Shown: one piece after another, positions 38,366 to 48,527 of the stretch
How positions within the stretch are numbered: position 1 is the stretch's first letter
Layout: every line of letters starts with the position of its first letter
Assembly (NCBI GenBank): GCA_963769935.1
Contig: CAVYNY010000004.1
Coordinates: forward strand, 1 to 64,000
Direction: 5' to 3'
DNA: 64,000 bases
Origin: an uncultured delta proteobacterium
GTDB taxonomy: Bacteria; Desulfobacterota; Desulfobacteria; Desulfobacterales; JAFDCJ01
The notes under the pieces: model-generated
Told to the model about the DNA's origin: nothing
Databases searched by the model: none
What the model saw: only the letters and a program-made list of their open reading frames with translations
Made by a program: the position numbers and the translations under genes

Positions 38366-40189
38366 TCAGCTATCCAACGCTTTTTGGATCGTTTCCGCCA
38401 CCTTATGATTGAATCCGGGCAGTGAACTGATTTCATCGAGGTCGGCTGCCCGGATATTTTTTACGCTTTTGAAATGTTGCAGCAAAATGGCTTTTCTTTT
38501 TTTGCCTACTCCCGGGATGGTGTCCAGGGCGGATTGCAGGGATATTTTTTGGCGTCGTTTACGGTGAAATGATATTGCAAAGCGGTGGGCTTCATCCCGG
38601 ACCCGCTGCAAGAAAAGAAGCAGATCCCCCTCCCGGCCGAAGCTTAAGGGATTGGCTGCGGCCGGCATAAAGATTTTATCCCTGGTCTCGCCTTTATTGT
38701 CATCTTTTTTGGCGATTCCGACAATTTCGAACTTTCCCGCCAGATCCAGATCTTTGATCACCGCCCGCGCGATATTAAGCTGTCCCCTGCCGCCGTCGAC
38801 CATCAAGAGATCGGGATAGGGCTCTGCGTCTTCGCCCCTGCCGAAACGCCTTTCAAGGACCTCTTTCATATAGGCATAATCATCGTGCTCGGCCACGGTT
38901 TTAATTCGGTATTTACGATACAGGGCCTTGTTGGCTCTGGCATTTTCAAACACGACCATGGCAGATACGGGTTGTGTCCCGGAGATATTAGAGTTGTCAA
39001 AGCATTCGATTCGCTCAGGCAGCCTGCCCATTTTAAGCTTCTTTTGCAGTCGTACAATTAGATCCATTTCTGCCGAACGCGAGGCGATCAGATTTTTTAA
39101 TTCGTTTTGTGCATTTCGTTCGGCCATCTTCATCAGGCGCACTTTTTCGCCGCGCTGGGGCCGATATATATGGACTTTTTTCTGTTTAAGTCCGCGCAGC
39201 CACTCTTCAATCAGGTGGGCATCTTCCAGATCTGTCGCTACCAGCATTTCATCGGGTATAAACCGGTGTCGCTCATAATACTGCCTGATAAAGGCCCCGA
39301 TCATCTCCTGATCGGTGGATAAGACCTCTGCAAAATCGTAATGCCGGGTTCCGGTGAGAAACCCGCCTCGAACGGAAAGTACGGTAATGACGGAGCATTC
39401 AGCAGAGCGGGCCATGGCAAAGACGTCTCGGTCCTTAAAATCTGTTGTCACTGCGATCTGCTTTTCAATCGTACGTTCCAGCGAGTAGATTTTGTCCCTT
39501 AACCGCGCGGCTCTTTCAAACTCCTGCGCCCGGGCTGAAGTCTCCATTTGCTCTCTGACTTTGCGAATCAGATCCGGCGTCTGCCCCTTTAAAAACATAA
39601 TGGCTTCGTTGACCTGTTCCTGGTACACGATCGGGTCGACGTCGAGACAACAGGGAGCCAAGCATCCTTCCATCTGGCAGTGAAGGCAGGGACGGGTTCT
39701 GGTTTTAAAATCTTTTTTTTTGCACTTGCGAAGCTTAAAAGTTTTATTTATGGTCCGCAGGGTCTCCCGCACGGCGCGGGCCGATGCAAACGGCCCGAAA
39801 TACATGGCATCGTCCTGTCCTATTTTGCGCACGATGTCGAAATTGGGGAATTTTTCCTTAAGGTCGATTCTGAGCGATGGATAGCGTTTGTCATCCTTTA
39901 AAATGACGTTAAAGCGCGGCTTGTGCCGTTTAATGAGATTGGATTCCAGGATCAGCGCTTCTTTTTCCGTGCGGGTGATAATGGTTTCAAGATCCTCTAT
40001 TTTGTCGACTAAAATCTTGACTTTAACATCCATCTGACCGGAATTCTTGAAATAGGAAGCCAGCCGCTTCCTTAAGTTGCGGGCTTTACCGACATAAAGG
40101 ATCTCGCCGGTCGCGTCCTTCATCAGATATACACCGGGTTCTTCAGTGACTCGGGTCAGTTTATCTTGGATTTTCTTTTCGGTATGCAT
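38366..40189 (-). CDS. uvrC: Excinuclease ABC subunit C
   Basis: PGVYLM..YVGKA (GIY-YIG), RIECFDNS, DGGRGQ, RDEAHRFA, HhH tail. ATG 40189 preferred over the track start at 40231. Confidence 0.96.
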   Translation of the reverse strand: MHTEKKIQDKLTRVTEEPGVYLMKDATGEILYVGKARNLRKRLASYFKNSGQMDVKVKILVDKIEDLETIITRTEKEALILESNLIKRHKPRFNVILKDDKRYPSLRIDLKEKFPNFDIVRKIGQDDAMYFGPFASARAVRETLRTINKTFKLRKCKKKDFKTRTRPCLHCQMEGCLAPCCLDVDPIVYQEQVNEAIMFLKGQTPDLIRKVREQMETSARAQEFERAARLRDKIYSLERTIEKQIAVTTDFKDRDVFAMARSAECSVITVLSVRGGFLTGTRHYDFAEVLSTDQEMIGAFIRQYYERHRFIPDEMLVATDLEDAHLIEEWLRGLKQKKVHIYRPQRGEKVRLMKMAERNAQNELKNLIASRSAEMDLIVRLQKKLKMGRLPERIECFDNSNISGTQPVSAMVVFENARANKALYRKYRIKTVAEHDDYAYMKEVLERRFGRGEDAEPYPDLLMVDGGRGQLNIARAVIKDLDLAGKFEIVGIAKKDDNKGETRDKIFMPAAANPLSFGREGDLLLFLQRVRDEAHRFAISFHRKRRQKISLQSALDTIPGVGKKRKAILLQHFKSVKNIRAADLDEISSLPGFNHKVAETIQKALDS

Positions 40190-40211
40190 AGGGGGCTCAA
40201 AAGAAACTGCC

Positions 40212-42206
40212 TCACGCTTCCAGGACAACATATTTATGCAATTCTCTAATCTGATCTCTTAAATCTGCGGCTCTTTCAAACTCAAGGTCTCTGGCCGCCT
40301 GGTTCATCTGTTCTTCAAGTGATTTTATAACTGAATCAATATCATCCAGGGATTTATATTTGGATATTTTTTCCGCTACTTGATTTTTGGTGCGGTTATC
40401 CTGTTCAGCTCCGAAATCAAATATTTGCCTAATTTCCTTTTGAATACTTTCAGGCGTAATATTGTGCATCTGGTTATAGGCCTGCTGAATTTTGCGGCGG
40501 CGTTCGGTCTCATCGATGCATTGCTTCATCGAGGCTGTTGTTTTATCGGCGTACATGATGACCATGCCCTGCACGTTGCGGGCAGCCCGCCCGCAGGTTT
40601 GAATCAATGAGCGTTTAGAGCGTAAAAAACCTTCTTTATCTGCATCCAGGATGGCTACCAAGGCAACCTCCGGAATATCGAGACCTTCCCGCAAAAGATT
40701 TATTCCTACCAGCACATCGAATTTGCCCATTCTAAGATCTCTGATGATGTCCACTCTTTCCAGCGTGCTGATGTCGGAGTGCAGATATTGAACCTTTACA
40801 CCCAGATCGGAATAATATTCCGTGAGATCTTCGGCCATTCTTTTCGTTAGAGTCGTCACCAGAACCCGTTGCTTGCGTTTCTGGTGAATTAATATTTCTT
40901 CCAGCAGATCATCGACCTGGTTTTTGGCGCTGCGGACTTCAATCAGCGGATCGATCAATCCGGTGGGTCGGACAATTAACTCGACCAGGGAATCTTTAGC
41001 TTTGTCAAGTTCATATTCAGATGGCGTTGCCGAGACATATATAACCTGGGAAATTCTGGCTTCGGTCTCTTCAAATCTCAACGGACGGTTGTCCAGGGCC
41101 GACGGCAGACGAAATCCGTATGCCACGAGGGTTTCTTTGCGCGAGCGATCACCGCGGTACATGCCGCGCAGCTGGGGGACGGCGATATGGCTTTCATCGA
41201 TGAACAACAGAAAATCGTCCGGGAAATAGTCCAGCAGGGTTGGCGGAGGTTCTCCCGGTCTGCGTCCGGTAAGGTGTCGCGAATAATTTTCGATGCCGTT
41301 GCAGTAGCCCAATTCCTGGATCATCTCCAGATCGAATTGCGTGCGCTCCTCGATGCGTTGGGCTTCGATCAATTTGTTTTCATTGCGAAAGTACCCTATG
41401 CGTTCCTTCAATTCTTCGAGGATGGTTTCTGTGGCCTTCTTCAAGGTCGTTTTCTGGGTTACATAGTGGCTGGCCGGAAATATGGCGATGTGCTCCAATC
41501 GTTTGATCACGGTCCCCCGCAGCGCATCTATCTCGCATATGGCCTCGATTTGATCTCCGAAAAAGTCGATGCGAATCGCTTTGTCTTCTTCATAGGCTGG
41601 AAACACCTCTACCCGGTCACCTCTGACTCTGAAAACGCCCCGGTAAAAGTCCATATCGTTGCGCTCATACTGCATGGCGATCAGATTGAAAAGCAGCTCG
41701 TCCCGTCCTAATTCCATACCATTTTCCATATCGACCCGCATGCCCAGATAATCTTCCGGTGCACCCAGCCCGAATATGCAGGAAACACTGGCGACTATGA
41801 TGATATCTCCGCGGGACAATACCGAGCGCGTGGCGGAATGTCGCAACTTATCGATCATATCATTTATGGACGAATCCTTCTGAATGTACGTATCGCTGGA
41901 TGGAATATAGGCTTCCGGTTGATAATAGTCGTAGTAACTGACAAAATATTCAACAGAATTTTGCGGAAACAGCTGTTTGAATTCGTTGTAAAGCTGCGCC
42001 GCGAGAGTTTTATTGGGAGCGATAACAAGGGCTGGCTTCTTGACCTTGGCGATGACGTGGGCCATGGCAAATGTCTTCCCGGAGCCGGTAACCCCTAAAA
42101 GGACATTGTGGCGCTTCCCCTTAATCAGGTTGTGTGATAATTTTGCTATGGCCTGGGGTTGATCGCCGGCAGGCTGGTAACTGGATGTCAATTTAAAGTC
42201 AGACAT
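40212..42206 (-). CDS. uvrB: Excinuclease ABC subunit B
   Basis: [40 protein letters not shown]-terminal UVR domain. Confidence 0.98.
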   Translation of the reverse strand: MSDFKLTSSYQPAGDQPQAIAKLSHNLIKGKRHNVLLGVTGSGKTFAMAHVIAKVKKPALVIAPNKTLAAQLYNEFKQLFPQNSVEYFVSYYDYYQPEAYIPSSDTYIQKDSSINDMIDKLRHSATRSVLSRGDIIIVASVSCIFGLGAPEDYLGMRVDMENGMELGRDELLFNLIAMQYERNDMDFYRGVFRVRGDRVEVFPAYEEDKAIRIDFFGDQIEAICEIDALRGTVIKRLEHIAIFPASHYVTQKTTLKKATETILEELKERIGYFRNENKLIEAQRIEERTQFDLEMIQELGYCNGIENYSRHLTGRRPGEPPPTLLDYFPDDFLLFIDESHIAVPQLRGMYRGDRSRKETLVAYGFRLPSALDNRPLRFEETEARISQVIYVSATPSEYELDKAKDSLVELIVRPTGLIDPLIEVRSAKNQVDDLLEEILIHQKRKQRVLVTTLTKRMAEDLTEYYSDLGVKVQYLHSDISTLERVDIIRDLRMGKFDVLVGINLLREGLDIPEVALVAILDADKEGFLRSKRSLIQTCGRAARNVQGMVIMYADKTTASMKQCIDETERRRKIQQAYNQMHNITPESIQKEIRQIFDFGAEQDNRTKNQVAEKISKYKSLDDIDSVIKSLEEQMNQAARDLEFERAADLRDQIRELHKYVVLEA

Positions 42207-42229
42207 TATAAAATATCTCGAAAATTCTA

Positions 42230-42697
42230 TTACTCCAAAAGGGCTACGCTCATTGCTCCGATGCCCTCCCCTTTTCCGATGATCCCCAGACCTTCGGTAG
42301 TGGTGGCTTTAATATTAATGCAGCCGGGATCAACTTCAACCGTATTGGCCAGATTTTCCCGCATCTCTTGGCGGAAAGGACTGATTTTAGGAGCTTCGGC
42401 GAAAATTATCGTATCGATATTCCGGATTGAAAATCCCTTTTTGCGAATCAGGGTGTTGGTTTCGGCCAGCAGCGTTAAACTGCATATGTCTTTGAATTTG
42501 AGGTCGGTATCGGGAAAATGCAGGCCGATATCACCCAACCCAGCCGCGCCCAGCAAAGCATCGCACACCGCATGCACCAGAACATCCGCGTCGGAGTGAC
42601 CCAGCAAACCTTTCTCGAAGGGAATAACAACACCACCCAAGACAAGTTTGCGACCTGCTACCAGCTTGTGTACATCATACCCGATACCGATCTGCAT
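42230..42697 (-). CDS. ispF: 2-C-methyl-D-erythritol 2,4-cyclodiphosphate synthase
   Basis: [30 protein letters not shown]. Confidence 0.97.
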   Translation of the reverse strand: MQIGIGYDVHKLVAGRKLVLGGVVIPFEKGLLGHSDADVLVHAVCDALLGAAGLGDIGLHFPDTDLKFKDICSLTLLAETNTLIRKKGFSIRNIDTIIFAEAPKISPFRQEMRENLANTVEVDPGCINIKATTTEGLGIIGKGEGIGAMSVALLE

Positions 42698-42899
42698 GAG
42701 AGTTTCCTCATCATATTATTTAATCCGCTTAATTTTAATACCACAAAAACAATCGGGCGTAAACTTGCGCAAGGTCGAACTTTCGGATTGTTTTTCGGGA
42801 TGTATGCAGTAATTCTTGACCGCTTTTAAAGGACCGGTATATGCTTAACTTTCAAACCCATTTATACACAGCGTCATAAATAACAGGGAGGTTACCAAA

Positions 42900-45065
42900 A
42901 TGGGGGACTATTCCGCTAAATCAGAGAAACAGGCTTTAACGGATCGTGAAGCCAAGGAATTTCTGACTGAATTCGGAATTCCATTCGTCCCGGAAGCAAA
43001 TGTCGACCAACCGTCGGATGTGGTGTCGGCTGCCGCTAAGTTTGGATTTCCGGTAGTCGTCAAAGGTGTTGGCAAAAACCTGCTGCATAAGTCCGATCGC
43101 GGGCTGGTGCACCTCAATCTTTCCGATGCCGGGGCGATCAAACTGGCAGTCAAAGCAATTACAGCTGAAGCATCCGGAGAATTGGATGGATTTTCGATAC
43201 AGCCGCAGATTAAAGGACGACGTGAATTTGTCGCCGGTCTGTTTCGGGATCAACAATTCGGACCGGTGGTCATGTTTGGCATCGGCGGGGTATTTACCGA
43301 AGCTTTTTCGGATGTCGCTTTTCGACTCGCACCGCTGACCGGGAGTGATGCAGCCGAGATGCTCGCAGAAATCCAAGGCCAAGCCCTGTTGGGCAAGTTC
43401 AGAGGCGAAATGCCTGCTGATCGAAAGATGTTGATTCAAGCACTGCAGGGATTGTCCCGGGTCGGCGAAACGCACCCGGAAATTGTCGAAGTCGATATTA
43501 ATCCCCTGCTTGTTACTCCGGCAGGACAAATTCTGGCCGTCGATGCCCTGGTGCTGACTGGCGACCCGGTTCATCAGGCTGAAATGCTGCCGCCTGTTCC
43601 GCCGGAGGCCATCGGATCGTTGTTTTATCCCAAGAGCGTCGCCATTGTGGGAGCTTCCGCCCAAATCGGAAAATGGGGGCATTCCCTGATGGCCAATACC
43701 ATCAGCGGCGGCTTTAACGGTCGGATTTATCCGGTAAATCCGAAAGGCGGCTGCATTGCCGGCCGACAAGTCTATCGGTCTGTAGCGGAAATACCTGATC
43801 AGATCGATCTGGCGGCCGTGACCGTCCCGGCCGAAAAGGTTTTGGACCTTATTCCCCAGTTCCGAAAAAAAGGGATTCGGAACATGCTCCTGGTTACTTC
43901 CGGTTTCAGTGAAACCGGTCCCCAGGGCCGCCGATTGGAAAACGAACTTGTTAAAGCCGCCCGCAAGTCCGGCATTCTGTTACTCGGGCCGAACACCATG
44001 GGCATTTGCAATCCGCATATCAATCTATACTGCGCCGGTTCCCCGGTCATGCCTCGACCCGGCTCCACCGCCATGGTGGCTCAATCGGGCAATATGGGGA
44101 TCCAGCTGCTGGCTTTTGCCGAACAGCAGGGCATCGGAATACGCGCGTTTTGCGGATCGGGCAATGAGGCGATGATGACCATAGAAGATTATCTTGACGG
44201 GTTCGAGGTGGATGCCTTGACGCGTACCGTGATACTTTATATCGAAAGCGTAAAAAATGGCCGGCGATTTTTTGAAAGTGCCTTGCGGGTTGGAAAAAAG
44301 AAGCCGATCGTGCTCCTCAAAGGCGGACGAAGCCGGGCCGGCAGCCGGGCGGCGGCCAGCCACACCGGTGCCATGGCCTCGGATATAAAACTGTTTGACG
44401 CAGTCTGCCGACAGGCCGGAATTGTCAGGGCGGAAAAACCAATGGATCTTCTGGATCTGGCAGCCGCTTTTTCGTCCTTGCCTTTGCCTGAAGGAAATCG
44501 CGCTGCCATCATGACCCTGGGCGGCGGTTGGGGGGTTGTTACGGCAGATTTGTGCGCGGAATGCGGCTTGGACGTGCCGGAGCTCACTCCAGAGCTTATT
44601 GCCAGGATGGACCGTATGCTGCCATCCTATTGGAGTCGATCCAACCCGATCGATTTGGTGGGTGATCGAGATTTCTCCATTCCAATGAATATCTTAGAGG
44701 AGCTTATGCAGTGGGAGGGCTGCGATGCCGTCATCAACCTTGGCGTATTCGGACGCCGGATCATGGTCAGGCGGTTCGGAGAGTCCGTGCTTAAGGCGGA
44801 TCCGGATTATTCCCTCGAAACAATAAACATGATGAACCAACAGTTTATCGAGTTTGAACAGAACTATATTCGTCACATTGTAAATTTAATGGATCGGCAC
44901 CATAAGCCGATATTTGGGGTCAGTCTGCTGCCCGATGAAAACAATCAAACTATCTACCGAGTTAAAACAAGCGGGTTTAAAGGGGTCTTTTATCCCACCC
45001 CGGAACGCGCGGTCAAAGCCTTCGCCAAGATGGTTGAATATCATCGGTTTTTAAAGCGAAATTGA
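42900..45065 (+). CDS. ADP-forming acyl-CoA (acetate-CoA) ligase, beta-alpha fusion
   Basis: N-terminal ATP-grasp (GFPVVVK, HKSD, FGPVVMFG, DINP), then CoA-binding domain, GPNTMG and ASHTG phospho-His motif. Confidence 0.9.
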   Translation: MGDYSAKSEKQALTDREAKEFLTEFGIPFVPEANVDQPSDVVSAAAKFGFPVVVKGVGKNLLHKSDRGLVHLNLSDAGAIKLAVKAITAEASGELDGFSIQPQIKGRREFVAGLFRDQQFGPVVMFGIGGVFTEAFSDVAFRLAPLTGSDAAEMLAEIQGQALLGKFRGEMPADRKMLIQALQGLSRVGETHPEIVEVDINPLLVTPAGQILAVDALVLTGDPVHQAEMLPPVPPEAIGSLFYPKSVAIVGASAQIGKWGHSLMANTISGGFNGRIYPVNPKGGCIAGRQVYRSVAEIPDQIDLAAVTVPAEKVLDLIPQFRKKGIRNMLLVTSGFSETGPQGRRLENELVKAARKSGILLLGPNTMGICNPHINLYCAGSPVMPRPGSTAMVAQSGNMGIQLLAFAEQQGIGIRAFCGSGNEAMMTIEDYLDGFEVDALTRTVILYIESVKNGRRFFESALRVGKKKPIVLLKGGRSRAGSRAAASHTGAMASDIKLFDAVCRQAGIVRAEKPMDLLDLAAAFSSLPLPEGNRAAIMTLGGGWGVVTADLCAECGLDVPELTPELIARMDRMLPSYWSRSNPIDLVGDRDFSIPMNILEELMQWEGCDAVINLGVFGRRIMVRRFGESVLKADPDYSLETINMMNQQFIEFEQNYIRHIVNLMDRHHKPIFGVSLLPDENNQTIYRVKTSGFKGVFYPTPERAVKAFAKMVEYHRFLKRN

Positions 45066-45090
45066 CTTGTGCGATAAAGCATTCTATGAT
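45062..45090 (+). promoter_or_regulatory. Putative sigma70 promoter upstream of the small Cys-rich ORF
   Basis: TTGACT-N17-TATGAT. Confidence 0.6.
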
Positions 45091-45195
45091 ACTAAAATTG
45101 GTCTTCCGAAGTCGGACGGGTGACTGCAAAAATTATGGTGTCGAACAGATTATTTTGAAAATGAATAAAATAGTTGAATCGGGTCTTTTTCAAAA

Positions 45196-45375
45196 ATGAC
45201 AAAAAAAAGGTTCAAATATAAATACGATTTCGAAATCGGGTATCTGATAAAAAGTCCCTGCAAAAAGTGCATCCACCAGAAAACCTTTCCAAAGTGCAGT
45301 GCCGAATGCGAATTGTTGGATAAGATCCATACGATTTTATGCGAATCCGTTTCCTGTACCAGGCGCCAGCAATAA
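45196..45375 (+). CDS. 59-aa Cys-rich small protein (absent from the ORF track)
   Basis: MTKKRFKYKYDFEIGYLIKSPCKKCIHQKTFPKCSAECELLDKIHTILCESVSCTRRQQ*; fills the gap before the convergent fabH and has an upstream promoter. Confidence 0.7.
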   Translation: MTKKRFKYKYDFEIGYLIKSPCKKCIHQKTFPKCSAECELLDKIHTILCESVSCTRRQQ

Positions 45376-45379
45376 TGAA

Positions 45380-46396
45380 TTAATCCCCCAGCCTTGCTAT
45401 CACGGCACCCCAGGTCAATCCGGCGCCCAAGCCCAGAAACAGCACGGTACTGCCGTTGCCGACCAGCTTCATTTCAAGGACTTCATCAAGGGCAATCGGG
45501 ATGCTGGCTGCAGTGGTGTTGCCGTAGCGCTGAATGTTGTTGAACACCTTATCTTCCGGCAACTTCATGGCTTGTTGAAAAAATTGATTGATGCGCATGT
45601 TGGCCTGATGCGGGATAAACAAATCAATGTCTTTCAGCGAGAGGGCTGCTTTTTCCAGTGTTTCCTGAACGACTTCGGGCAATTTCTGCACGGCTAATTT
45701 GAATATGGTTTTGCCATCCATCTGCGGCCAATGCCGTCCTTGATCGATAAGTTCATGGCTGATCCGGGGATTCAGCCGTGATGTTCCCACCTCAACCATC
45801 AGACTTTCGGCAAATGCACCGTTGGCGTGCAACGCCGAGGCCAGTATGCCCGTTGGTTCATCGGTTTCGATTCCTTCCAGGCAAACGGCGCCCGCACCAT
45901 CGCCGAAGATGACGGCCACATCCCGGCCCTCGGTTGAAATATTCAGTCCGGTGCTGTGGACCTCGGCTCCGACAAGCAGGATTCGATTGGCTAGACCGCT
46001 GCGGACGTATGCATCGGCCGTGGTCAATCCGTACAAAAAACCGGTACATTGCTGTCTGATATCCAGCGCCGGGGTCGAATTTAACCCCAGTTTATGCTGC
46101 ATCAGGCAGCCGGAGCCCGGGAAAAAAATGTCCGGACTCAAGGTTGCAAAAATGATCAGATCCAGGTCCTGCGGCTCCCAGCCCGCCCGCAGCAGTGCTA
46201 TTTTAGAAGCTTCCAGTCCCAGATCCGATGATCCAACGCCGCCTTCGGCAGGAATCCAATGGCGCTGTTCGATCCCGGTTCGCTGCCGGATCCATTCATC
46301 CGATGTGTCCATCCATTGGGCCATTTCTTCATTGGTTACGATCCTGGGCGGCAAATAGCGCCCGGTCCCTCGTATTACTGTTCGTTTCATTTTCAT
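45380..46396 (-). CDS. fabH: 3-oxoacyl-ACP synthase III family protein
   Basis: DTSDEWI..RTGI, catalytic Cys in QQCTGF, FGDGAGA, PHQAN, GNTTAAS. Confidence 0.92.
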   Translation of the reverse strand: MKMKRTVIRGTGRYLPPRIVTNEEMAQWMDTSDEWIRQRTGIEQRHWIPAEGGVGSSDLGLEASKIALLRAGWEPQDLDLIIFATLSPDIFFPGSGCLMQHKLGLNSTPALDIRQQCTGFLYGLTTADAYVRSGLANRILLVGAEVHSTGLNISTEGRDVAVIFGDGAGAVCLEGIETDEPTGILASALHANGAFAESLMVEVGTSRLNPRISHELIDQGRHWPQMDGKTIFKLAVQKLPEVVQETLEKAALSLKDIDLFIPHQANMRINQFFQQAMKLPEDKVFNNIQRYGNTTAASIPIALDEVLEMKLVGNGSTVLFLGLGAGLTWGAVIARLGD

Positions 46397-46517
46397 CGTT
46401 TCCTTGCTAAAGGTTCAATGGTTCAGGGTTCACGGTTCAGGGTTGCCGCATATAAAAGTCTATAATATTTTCCATTTGCTATCAAATTTTTAATATCGAT
46501 AAATTTGCAGATTACAA

Positions 46518-46626
46518 TATTCGATGTTGGACGTTTCACGCCTTGGCGTGATTCAATGTTCGACGTTCATCAATTTAATTTTCGGTCAAACCGGCAGATT
46601 TTCAGGCCGACGGCCAGGCTGAACCT
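46518..46626 (-). repeat. Dispersed miniature element, divergent copy C, with an inserted TCACGCCTTGGCGTGA hairpin
   Basis: Minus strand AGGTTCAGCCTGGCCGTCGGCC...CTGCCGGTTTGACCGAAAA...GAACGTCGAACATTGAA. Confidence 0.55.
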
Positions 46627-46635
46627 TGAATCGAG

Positions 46636-48510
46636 TTACCCCCACAACGCATCCCGCAGTCCTGAAGTTCGCTCGATTTTGCGTGCGATGGCGGCTTTAA
46701 AGACAGGTTCAGGTCCCCAAATAGAAACGGTTCGTCGGGCCCGGGTCAATCCGGTATAGATCAATTCCCGGGTTAATAGAGGATAATCGCTTTCCGGCAG
46801 CAGCAGGATGATATGTTCGAATTCCGAACCCTGACTCTTGTGAACCGTCATGGCATAAACGGTTTCGCACTCGACAAGTCGATGGGGTGCGAACCTTTTA
46901 ACATCACCGGAGGCATCCGGAAAATAGACGTAGAGGTCACTGTCAGCTGCTTCCGGATCAGGCAGAGTGATCCCGATATCACCGTTGAAAAGCCCAAGGT
47001 TGTAGTCATTTTTGGTTATCAGAACCGGCCGCCCCCGATACCAGGCAGGCGTTTCCCGCAGGTCAAAGGATATCAGGCCTTCACGGCTTAGAACTTCTTC
47101 TGCCAGCCTGTTAATGGCAATTGCACCGGATGGTCCGATTTTAAGGGCGCATAAAATTTTAAACCGGGCAAATTCTTCCATCGCCGACCTGGGATCCTTT
47201 AATGTCAGGTATTTTCTGTAGCCTGTCACAATTTTGCGGCTGATATCGTGCGTCAGATATGCTTCGGACGATACCGGCTGCCAGGCAATGGATTTTTCGG
47301 CGGGATCGGTCAACAAAGCCAGCGCCGCCTTGCTATCACCGCGATTGACCGCCCGGCTCAATGCGCCGATACCGCTTTCCGCTGCAAATCGATAACTTTC
47401 CTGTAGAACTGTAATGCTGTCCTGCAGGCAGCCGGAATTTTGAGAAATCTGCGCCGAATCAGCGAGTCGGAATTGTGTCAATTGTTCAATCTTTGATAGA
47501 AAACCGTTGCTGAAGTCGTGAATCGCCTGCCGATCGCAGATGTCTCCCAGCACGGACCCTGCTTCAACCGATGCCAGCTGGTCTTTGTCCCCGACCAGCA
47601 ACAGGCGGGCGTCCGGTGGTACTGCCTCAACCAGCTTGGACATCAAGGCCAAATCCACCATGGATGCTTCATCAACCACAACGACATGGGCCGCCAGGGG
47701 ATTTTCGGCATTCCTGCGAAAATAGGGCGTACCGGCATACGGTTTCAGCAAGCGGTGTATGGTGGATGCTTCATGGGGGATAGCATTTTTAATCAGATCG
47801 CTGCAATTAAGAAGCCGTTTGGCTTCCAGGATGGACTCGCCGAGCCTGGCAGCCGCCTTCCCGGTGGGAGCGGCCAGATAAATCCGCGGTTTATCCGTCG
47901 TGATGCACTGCCATAACAGCGCCAGGATCCTGGCGATCGTGAAGGTCTTGCCGCTACCCGGTCCGCCTGTGATGACACTGAAGCGCTTTAAGGCCGCGAC
48001 AACTGCCGCAACTTCTTGCCAGTCAATTTTACGAGGATCCGGGTTCGGGAAAAGCGTCTTCAGGTTTCGCGCCAATTCGCGGGAGTTAAAATCCTGCAGT
48101 TCGCCCACTGCCCGCTGCCGGATGGAATCCGAAAGTTTTTTTTCATATTCCCAGTAGCGGTAAAGATACAGTCGATGGTGGTTATCCAGAATCAGGGGAC
48201 GGGTGCTGCCGGGCCGGCCAACCGCCGGGCTGGCCAGAAGATTTTCCTGCCAGCGGTCAACCGGCGGACACCGCAACCGGTCGGTTCCATCCGGCCTATC
48301 AAAAATAATGGTTTCAGCCAAAGCTTCAAGGTTCAGGCAAATATCTCCATTTCCCGTTGCCCGGCTGACCAGTGCCGCCGCCAGGAAAACATTCGGATCC
48401 TCCCCGGCGGAAAACCGCTCAATGAACCTGGCGAAATGGATGTCAATATCAGAAAATAGGCCCGTGGTTTTTAAAATGGATATTATGTTCGGCGACTTCC
48501 CGTTTGCCAT
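46636..48510 (-). CDS. recD: Exodeoxyribonuclease V alpha subunit
   Basis: ITGGPGSGKT, APTGKAAARL, VDEASMVD, GDKDQL, TVHKSQGSEF. Confidence 0.96.
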   Translation of the reverse strand: MANGKSPNIISILKTTGLFSDIDIHFARFIERFSAGEDPNVFLAAALVSRATGNGDICLNLEALAETIIFDRPDGTDRLRCPPVDRWQENLLASPAVGRPGSTRPLILDNHHRLYLYRYWEYEKKLSDSIRQRAVGELQDFNSRELARNLKTLFPNPDPRKIDWQEVAAVVAALKRFSVITGGPGSGKTFTIARILALLWQCITTDKPRIYLAAPTGKAAARLGESILEAKRLLNCSDLIKNAIPHEASTIHRLLKPYAGTPYFRRNAENPLAAHVVVVDEASMVDLALMSKLVEAVPPDARLLLVGDKDQLASVEAGSVLGDICDRQAIHDFSNGFLSKIEQLTQFRLADSAQISQNSGCLQDSITVLQESYRFAAESGIGALSRAVNRGDSKAALALLTDPAEKSIAWQPVSSEAYLTHDISRKIVTGYRKYLTLKDPRSAMEEFARFKILCALKIGPSGAIAINRLAEEVLSREGLISFDLRETPAWYRGRPVLITKNDYNLGLFNGDIGITLPDPEAADSDLYVYFPDASGDVKRFAPHRLVECETVYAMTVHKSQGSEFEHIILLLPESDYPLLTRELIYTGLTRARRTVSIWGPEPVFKAAIARKIERTSGLRDALWG

Positions 48511-48527
48511 CTTTTTACCTAATGAAC

